In this document: positions 21,459 to 28,041 of the stretch, one piece after another
Position numbering within the stretch: position 1 is the stretch's first letter
How the letters are laid out: the number at the start of each line of letters is the position of its first letter
Assembly (NCBI GenBank): GCA_049325335.1
Contig: JBMOMC010000044.1
Span: 64,001 to 128,000, forward strand
Length of the DNA stretch: 64,000 nt
Direction: 5' to 3'
DNA from: Nitrospirota bacterium
Lineage (GTDB): Bacteria; Nitrospirota; Nitrospiria; 2-01-FULL-66-17
Translations under genes and position numbers: made by a program
Notes under the pieces: generated by a model
What the model was told of the DNA's origin: nothing
Databases searched by the model: none
The model's input: the letters and a program-made list of their open reading frames with translations, nothing else

Positions 21459-21845
21459 GTGTTACCGACCGACAAACTCTACACCGGCCTCACCTGGGAA
21501 CTGTACAAGGAGCACGTCAAGAAATTCTCCCACGCCGCGGTCAAAGGAATGCCCACGGAACAGGAGATGAAAGAAGACTTGGCCGCGCTGGTGGACGCCA
21601 GCACGGTTAAAGTGCTCGCGCAGGAACGCGCGGGCATGATCGTCACGTTTCACTGGCTCGACACATTCCCCGCCTTGGAGGTGTGCGAGATCGGCGACGT
21701 CAAAGGATTTCTCGCGAACCGCTACGGTGGAGGCAAGTTCAAATTAAATCTGTACCACGGGATCAATTTTCTTTCGACCAAGAACTGGGAGACCGAAGGT
21801 CCCCCGCGATGGAAAACCATGATCCGCGGACCGGAAGAAGGGTAA
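21459..21845 (+). CDS. Hypothetical protein
   Basis: Closely packed between neighbours, globular protein-like composition. Confidence 0.65.
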   Translation: MLPTDKLYTGLTWELYKEHVKKFSHAAVKGMPTEQEMKEDLAALVDASTVKVLAQERAGMIVTFHWLDTFPALEVCEIGDVKGFLANRYGGGKFKLNLYHGINFLSTKNWETEGPPRWKTMIRGPEEG

Positions 21846-21848
21846 CCT

Positions 21849-22331
21849 GTGCCGAAAGCCGCGTACCAATTATTAGTGGTGTTTCTGGTGTTTTCCGCAA
21901 CCGTCTACATCCTGCTCATGATCGGGCCCGAGGAATCCGCGACTAAAGCGGGTGAGAAGGACATTACCATTGCGCGGGCGCCCGCCGAAGCCAAGACCTT
22001 GGCCAACCCGTTCCCACTCTCGGACGAGGTTCTGCTCGAAGGCGAGCGCATCTACCAAACCAAAGGCACGTGCTTTACCTGCCACGGCACGGCCGGCCGC
22101 GGCGACGGGCCCGCCGGTCTGGAGTTGAACCCCCGCCCCCGCAACTTCACCAATCCGCGGTTCCACGAGTTGCGGACCGACGGCGAGATGTTTTGGGTCA
22201 TCCGCAACGGCAGTCCGGGCACGAGGATGTTCTCGTATTCGCCGTCGATCATCACCGAAGATGAAGCCTGGAAAGTGATCCACTACCTGCGCACCTTGCC
22301 CACGAAAGCGGGCATGCAGCAGGCGGGTTAG
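21849..22331 (+). CDS. Membrane-anchored monoheme cytochrome c
   Basis: N-terminal TM helix, CFTCH, G.GDGP...PRNFT, G.PGT.M axial Met. Confidence 0.92.
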   Translation: MPKAAYQLLVVFLVFSATVYILLMIGPEESATKAGEKDITIARAPAEAKTLANPFPLSDEVLLEGERIYQTKGTCFTCHGTAGRGDGPAGLELNPRPRNFTNPRFHELRTDGEMFWVIRNGSPGTRMFSYSPSIITEDEAWKVIHYLRTLPTKAGMQQAG

Positions 22332-22454
22332 CAGGCTGCTCAAAAAGCCCATCTGCTGCGTTCTCGGTCGTCGGAAATCCTCACGTACGACCCAGTACGC
22401 TCCGGTTTCCTCCTTCCTGCGGCCTTGCATCTGGGGCTTTTTGAGCAGCCTGCT
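22330..22454. repeat. 125-bp ERIC-like miniature inverted-repeat element
   Basis: Perfect 21-bp TIR AGCAGGCTGCTCAAAAAGCCC / GGGCTTTTTGAGCAGCCTGCT; core related to 4412-4535. Confidence 0.85.
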
Positions 22455-22481
22455 GGTCTTACCAGGTTTTTCAGGGTCCTG

Positions 22482-24668
22482 TTAGTTCGCGCCCGCCTCC
22501 GCCGCGATCAGCGGCCGTCGGTTCTCCAGTTTTGCGCGCGGCGCATCGCGCGTCGAACCGTCCGGTTGTTTGACCGCCACCGAGAGCGGTGACCGCAGCA
22601 CGGGCCACTCGCCCTTTACCACGTTGGTCGGTTCGTCGCCTTCAAAGCCCAGATACCCGTACGTTCGATAGTGCGGAAGTTTGCGCGCCAGCCCCGGGAG
22701 CGCTTCCACGCGGTCGCACCCGATCCACCCGAGCCCGTATTCCGGGTTACGCGGCTGGTGCGCGGCAACCACGACCGCGTGGCCGTCGCGGGCCAGGTCC
22801 GCACCCGGCACACGCGCGGTTGAGTCGTGCAGGGTCATCGGGAGTTCCGAGGCGGCGCGTTCGATCGCGGATCGAAAGCGGTTTTCCCAGCCCAGCACCC
22901 ATACCGCCCGGTCCTCCGGAAGGCGTTCCAGCGTCTCATCGGACACGATCTCGGCGTGCTCCGATGAGTGCGCGACGGCCTCAGCCAACCGTTGATACCC
23001 AGCCCGCAGCTCGGCGGGCGCCGCGGCCGGCACAATGACGGCGACCCGAGGCGCGCCGAATAGTTGCGAGAGCGCGGGCGGCAACTCCGCGCGGTCCAGT
23101 CGTCGAAACAGATCGAACTCCGGATCGACATCCAGACGCACGGGTCGGCCCGGCACCACCAATTCGACCCCCAACCGTTTGGTATCGAGCCGAACCACGG
23201 TCTGGTAGGCGTCCTCTCGGCCTTCAAGGGTCACCGCGACCGGAACCCGCAGGCGGTACGCCGCGCCGGGCTGCGTCTGTTCCAACAATGCGGTGAGGAG
23301 AAACCGATCGCCGAGCGGAGCCGCCTGCGCGCCACCGACCCGCAGCGCCGGAGCGCCCACCCGCTCGACCCACGGCGTGATCATCGACGTCCGGTCCGCC
23401 GACGCGGCCAAGGCCTGGTCCAGATCCGTGAACGTCGCGCGGTGGAAACGAAACGCCTTAAAAAAAGCGCGTAGGGACCGGATAAAGGCATCATCCCCCA
23501 GCTCCCGGCGCGCCATGTGAAACGCCATCAAGGCTTTGCCGTATCCCACCGCCTCGGTCGCGGAATCGCGGCGGGCGCGAAACTCCGTGAGCGGGAAGTC
23601 CCGTTCGTGCGTCACGTAATCCGCGTACTTTTGCAGCGCGGCCCGGCGGTAGGCCGCGCCCGCGCCGCGCTGCTCGGCCATCAAATGATCCGCCAAATAC
23701 GCGGTCAGTCCCTCCGCCCAGTTTCCCCCGCTCGAATCAACAAACACGCCGTTGCCCCACCAGTTGTGCAGGATCTCGTGGGGGTACGACGACGTGAGAA
23801 TAAACGGCAATCGAATAACCGTGGAACCCAACAGCGTAAACGAGGGCATGCCGTAGCCGGTTTCCCACGCGTTTTCTACCATCGCGAACTTGGGGTAGGG
23901 ATACGGACCGAACAGCGCCGAGTACATCGCCACGTATCGCGCGGTTGCGTCCAAGTACTGCTCGGCCAAGGCCGGGTCCGGGGCACGCAGCAGCGCCATG
24001 GCCGTGACCCCGCCTGCGCGACGCGTGTATTCGGTCAGCGGGCCGCCGACCAGGAAGATATCGTCCTGGGGCTCCGGCGACTTCCACCGAACCAGGCCGG
24101 ATTCCCCGTCCGCGCGGCGAGCCGTGCGTTGCCCTTGGCTCACCACCACCCAGTCCCGGGGCGCGCGCACCTCTACGGTGAACGTGACTAAGCGATCATC
24201 AAACGTCGGGTACCACGCGCTCCCGCCGTCGAGGAACACGACGTCCGATGTCACCGCGCCGTTGGCCGACGGATCATCCGACGGCTCGACCCGCCCTTCA
24301 TACGCCACCCGAAACCGCCGCGCCGAGTGCGGGAGCGCCACGGCGTATTCATCGCGCACCACGCGCGCCCCCCCCTCGCCGTCGGGCGCCGGCTCGACCC
24401 GCCTGAGCCGCACGTCGGTATCCAGAGCTCTCGGCGTCCACCCCGCGCGCAGCCGGAACCGGATCGTGCGGTCGGCGTCCGCAGTGTTGATCGGCGGCAG
24501 GGTCACCGCGTCTTCGACCAAGACACGGCCCTGATCGGGGTCAAGCACCACGGAGAGATCGTGGTGGATCGTCGCCATCCCCGCGACCGCCGCGCGACTC
24601 AATTCGCTCCCGGCAACGAGGACCGCGGAGAGGACCATCCACACAACGGTTCCACGCGCGAACACCAT
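22482..24668 (-). CDS. Exported M1-family zinc aminopeptidase
   Basis: Signal peptide; GYGMPS, HEILHNWWGN...W.EGLT.Y (HEXXH-X18-E), YGK. Confidence 0.88.
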   Translation of the reverse strand: MVFARGTVVWMVLSAVLVAGSELSRAAVAGMATIHHDLSVVLDPDQGRVLVEDAVTLPPINTADADRTIRFRLRAGWTPRALDTDVRLRRVEPAPDGEGGARVVRDEYAVALPHSARRFRVAYEGRVEPSDDPSANGAVTSDVVFLDGGSAWYPTFDDRLVTFTVEVRAPRDWVVVSQGQRTARRADGESGLVRWKSPEPQDDIFLVGGPLTEYTRRAGGVTAMALLRAPDPALAEQYLDATARYVAMYSALFGPYPYPKFAMVENAWETGYGMPSFTLLGSTVIRLPFILTSSYPHEILHNWWGNGVFVDSSGGNWAEGLTAYLADHLMAEQRGAGAAYRRAALQKYADYVTHERDFPLTEFRARRDSATEAVGYGKALMAFHMARRELGDDAFIRSLRAFFKAFRFHRATFTDLDQALAASADRTSMITPWVERVGAPALRVGGAQAAPLGDRFLLTALLEQTQPGAAYRLRVPVAVTLEGREDAYQTVVRLDTKRLGVELVVPGRPVRLDVDPEFDLFRRLDRAELPPALSQLFGAPRVAVIVPAAAPAELRAGYQRLAEAVAHSSEHAEIVSDETLERLPEDRAVWVLGWENRFRSAIERAASELPMTLHDSTARVPGADLARDGHAVVVAAHQPRNPEYGLGWIGCDRVEALPGLARKLPHYRTYGYLGFEGDEPTNVVKGEWPVLRSPLSVAVKQPDGSTRDAPRAKLENRRPLIAAEAGAN

Positions 24669-24721
24669 GGCGCGTATTCCCGCATAAGAGTGGGGCGCGC
24701 GTCAAGCGCCGGCCACGCGGT

Positions 24722-24752
24722 CTTGACTTCCGCTCCGAGCCGCTGGTCTAAT
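24722..24752 (+). promoter_or_regulatory. Promoter motif CTTGACTTC-N14-GGTCTAAT (copy 1, DUF2294 gene)
   Basis: Identical boxes and spacing recur at 25135-25165. Confidence 0.7.
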
Positions 24753-24761
24753 TTCACCTCT

Positions 24762-25139
24762 ATGCCTAGAACCGTCGGTCAAGTCGAAGCGGAAATTTCC
24801 ACCGCGCTGATCCAATTTGAAAAAGACTTCATGGGTCGCGGGCCGCAGGAGACCCGAGCCTACGTGATCGAAGACATGGTGTTGGTGCGACTCAAGGGCG
24901 TGTTGACGCCGGCGGAGCAGCAGCTCGCCAAAAATACCGAAGGCACCGAGCTGATCAAACGCCTGCGCTCGAATCTGCTGGAACAGGCCCGCGAGCTGCT
25001 GTCAGGCACGATCGAAAAAATCACCGGCCTGAAGGTCACCAGCCTGTACACCGACATCAGCACCAGAACCGGCGAGCGGGTCATTCTGTTTACGCTTCAC
25101 GAGAATTTGGCGGACCGGTATCGCAATACCTCGGCTTGA
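24762..25139 (+). CDS. DUF2294 / MpsC-family protein
   Basis: GQVEAEIS, FEKDFMGRGP, VRLKGVLTPAEQQL, DISTRTGERV; next to DabA/B as in mpsABC-type loci. Confidence 0.9.
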   Translation: MPRTVGQVEAEISTALIQFEKDFMGRGPQETRAYVIEDMVLVRLKGVLTPAEQQLAKNTEGTELIKRLRSNLLEQARELLSGTIEKITGLKVTSLYTDISTRTGERVILFTLHENLADRYRNTSA

Positions 25140-25165
25140 CTTCGTTCCGGAAGATTCGGTCTAAT
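25135..25165 (+). promoter_or_regulatory. Promoter motif CTTGACTTC-N14-GGTCTAAT (copy 2, dab operon)
   Basis: Overlaps the DUF2294 stop; same as 24722-24752. Confidence 0.7.
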
Positions 25166-25183
25166 AGAGTACATTTTCGGAAG

Positions 25184-25259
25184 ATAGCCCAAAGGATTCC
25201 CATGGAATCAGTTGGGCTGTAGGCCGACTCCCTGGTTGTAGGCGGGTCGGCCTTTTTTT
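25184..25259 (+). promoter_or_regulatory. Candidate transcription attenuator 1 (hairpin plus intrinsic terminator) in the dab leader
   Basis: Hairpin 25184-25220 with AG/AG internal loop; terminator stem 25221-25253 followed by T7; competing pairing AGTTGG/CCGACT. Confidence 0.65.
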
Positions 25260-25329
25260 ATTATGAGAAGGGGGGTCAACCGGCTACCGATCGACCCTGG
25301 ACGGGCCTCAGGGTGGCTCGGTGGATGGC

Positions 25330-25381
25330 AAGCCGGCAATGGTTCCACTGAGGGATCGATGCTGGCTTTTTCGTTTTTTTT
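25330..25381 (+). terminator. Second intrinsic-terminator-like hairpin in the dab leader
   Basis: AAGCCGGCA/TGCTGGCTT stem with inner GGTTCC/GGGATC stem, then TTTCGTTTTTTTT. Confidence 0.55.
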
Positions 25382-25413
25382 AATGTGCTCGAATCCCGGG
25401 ATCCGTCGCGACG

Positions 25414-28041
25414 ATGCTCGCTGACTACTATCCGCTGCTGACCATCGCGGCGCCGCTCGCGGCGGGCGCCCTGACCGCGCTGCCCGCGCGGCTCATCACC
25501 GAACGACACTACCGCATCGGCGCCGTCTGCCACGCGATCGGGTTCGGCGTCGCCCTCCACACACTCTATGACGTCGCCACACGGGCGCACGGACCGATCC
25601 GTCTGCCGCTGTTCGCGTCGCCGTGGAATTTCGTTCCGTCGTTCGACCTGACGATCGACCGGCTGGCGGCGGTCATGATGCTCGTGATTTCGGGCATCGG
25701 CGCACTCCTTTACATCTATTCCATCCGCTACATGCAGCAAGAACGCGGGCAAGCGCGCTATCAGACGCTGCTCACCCTGACGATCACCACGCTGCTGTGC
25801 ATGGTGTCGAGCGCGAATCTGGTGATGCTGTTCGTGTTCTGGCAGCTTCTGAGCTGGCTGCTCTGCCTGCTCACCTATAATTATGCGCACGCGCCGACCG
25901 CCCAAGGATCGTTTCGCACGTTTGTCATTCTCCGGGCCGGAGACGTCGCGTTTCTCTCCGGAATCGTGCTCGCCTATCACCTCTATGGGACGGTGGAGTT
26001 CTCGCAGCTCTTCTCGCGAGCCGCGGCGGACGCCACCGCCTTTTCACTCCTCTGGCCGAGCAACGGCATCGAAATCAGCGGTGCTACCGCGGTGACGCTG
26101 TTGATCTTCGTCGGCGCCATGAGCAAATCGGCCCAGTTCCCACTGCATCGCTGGGTTCCTGACACGCTCTACGCCCCCACGCCCATCAGCGCGCTGCTTC
26201 ATGCGGGCATCATCAATGCGGGAGGATTTCTCATCAATCGCCTCGCCCCGCTGTATGGTATGAGCCCCTGGACCCTGCACGTCGTATTCGGCGTCGGGGT
26301 ACTCACGACAGTAGTGGGCGCGTCCATGATGTTGACACAGAACGACATCAAGAAAACGCTGGGCTACTCCACCGTCGGCCAGATGGGTTATATGATCATG
26401 GAGTGCGGACTGGGCGCGTTCGCGCTGGCGGTTTTTCATTTGATCGCGCACGGCCTGTTCAAAGCCACGAGCTTTTTGAACTCCGGCAGCGTCATCCAGA
26501 CCGCTCGGAAGGATCTCCGGCTCCCGCATCAGTCTCACGCTTCGGCGGGACCCGGGTTTTCGTCCTTGACGTGGGCGACCGGATTCATCACGTCGCTCGT
26601 GCTGCCGCTCATCATTTTGCTCGCCGCCCACGGCGTCCTGCACATCCCATTGCGAGACGCCCAGGGCGTGGTGATCTTTCTCTTCTTCAGTTGGGTCACA
26701 ACATCGCAGGCGATCCTGACGCTCTATCGCCTGCAACCGGTCGGCTCGTGGAAGGTCGCGGCGATGATGCTGGGCACCCTGTTGCTGGTGATGTTCACAT
26801 ATCTGTTCGCGGCCGAGCGGTTCACCTATTTTCTGTATCCAGAGCCCGGTGTGGTGACCGCGTATTTCCAGGCCGCGGCTCTGCCGACGTGGCTGTTCGA
26901 CTCGGTGATCGCGGTCACGGCCCTGTCGATCACGCTCGGCTGGATCGTCATCTACGCGCGGAGCCATGGCCGGTCGATCTGGGCTCCGGGCCATGTCCCG
27001 CTCTGGATCAATGAGATTTACGCGCGGCTGTATCTGCTATTCGTCAACAACGTCTATCTGGACGGCCTAGCGCTCAGAGTTCACCGGCGCGTCCGGCACC
27101 TCGCCGCGAGCCTCGAGCACAGCCCACGCGTGCTGATGGTCGGGGCGGGAATCGCCCTGGCTGTGGGATGGCATCTCGCACATCCCGCGAGCGGGTGGTC
27201 GGTCGAACCGCTCATGAGAATGTTCCTGGTTGCTGCGATGCTGCCGTTGTTCCCTCTTCACGGGATCTATGTCAGCATGTTAACTCGCACGGGGCGGGGC
27301 TCCACCGGAGTTCTTCCCGTTCTTCTGGCTGGCGCCCTGCCGTTGGCGGGCTTGTATGCTCTGTCGGGTCTGCTCCCCATGCTGGCGCCCGAGGTCCTGC
27401 GCGGCGTGGGGGTCCTTGCCTTGGTTGGAACGCTCTACGGATCGTTCAAGGCTCTGGTCCAGTGCAGGGTGCCACACGTGGTGGCCTATGGGGGCCTCGC
27501 GTACCACTCGATCGTGTGGTGGCATATGATCCGGGTCGGGCATGTCACGCCGCAAGCCGTCGTCTCCACGGCCTCGGCCGTGTTGGTGACGTGCGGGTTG
27601 CTGCTGGCATGGAATCGGGTGCGGGCGCGCTACGGTGATGTCGAACTGGGCCGAATCGGTGGGTTGGCCCGGCCCATGCCGCGCTTTGCCACATTGATGG
27701 CGCTGCTCGTGATGGCCGCCATCGGATTGCCGCCGTTCGGTCTGTTCTTTAGCTACCTCTCCCTGTGGCTCGAACCTGCGCCTCACTTCTCCTTCGGCGG
27801 ATCGCTGGGCTGGGCGATCTTCGCCCTTGCATGGTTCATGGCATCCTGGTATCTGTTCAGGCTCATGCAACGGCTCTTGTTCGGACCGCACCGCGAGGAT
27901 CTTCGGTACGACGATCTCAGCCGCGCCGAGGCCGCGCCGCTGGTCCTGGTCCTTGTGCTCCTGTTGGCCATTGGGATGTTGCCGAACGAACTGATCGATG
28001 TGAGTAGCGCCACCGTCCTGTGGCCGATCGGCGGTGAGTAA
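25414..28041 (+). CDS. dabB: DabB/MpsA-like membrane subunit (NuoL-like) fused to a degenerate NuoM-like module, copy 1
   Basis: IDRLAAVM, KSAQFPLH.W.PD...PTP, HAGIINAGG, YST.GQMG, HL.AHG.FKA; C-terminal GGLARPMPRF..GLPPFG. Confidence 0.88.
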   Translation: MLADYYPLLTIAAPLAAGALTALPARLITERHYRIGAVCHAIGFGVALHTLYDVATRAHGPIRLPLFASPWNFVPSFDLTIDRLAAVMMLVISGIGALLYIYSIRYMQQERGQARYQTLLTLTITTLLCMVSSANLVMLFVFWQLLSWLLCLLTYNYAHAPTAQGSFRTFVILRAGDVAFLSGIVLAYHLYGTVEFSQLFSRAAADATAFSLLWPSNGIEISGATAVTLLIFVGAMSKSAQFPLHRWVPDTLYAPTPISALLHAGIINAGGFLINRLAPLYGMSPWTLHVVFGVGVLTTVVGASMMLTQNDIKKTLGYSTVGQMGYMIMECGLGAFALAVFHLIAHGLFKATSFLNSGSVIQTARKDLRLPHQSHASAGPGFSSLTWATGFITSLVLPLIILLAAHGVLHIPLRDAQGVVIFLFFSWVTTSQAILTLYRLQPVGSWKVAAMMLGTLLLVMFTYLFAAERFTYFLYPEPGVVTAYFQAAALPTWLFDSVIAVTALSITLGWIVIYARSHGRSIWAPGHVPLWINEIYARLYLLFVNNVYLDGLALRVHRRVRHLAASLEHSPRVLMVGAGIALAVGWHLAHPASGWSVEPLMRMFLVAAMLPLFPLHGIYVSMLTRTGRGSTGVLPVLLAGALPLAGLYALSGLLPMLAPEVLRGVGVLALVGTLYGSFKALVQCRVPHVVAYGGLAYHSIVWWHMIRVGHVTPQAVVSTASAVLVTCGLLLAWNRVRARYGDVELGRIGGLARPMPRFATLMALLVMAAIGLPPFGLFFSYLSLWLEPAPHFSFGGSLGWAIFALAWFMASWYLFRLMQRLLFGPHREDLRYDDLSRAEAAPLVLVLVLLLAIGMLPNELIDVSSATVLWPIGGE

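Noticed and set aside
25263..25439. About 58-codon ORF in the dab leader as a leader peptide
   Set aside because: No RBS, no regulatory codon run, and it starts right after the terminator U-tract; the RNA structure explains the region better
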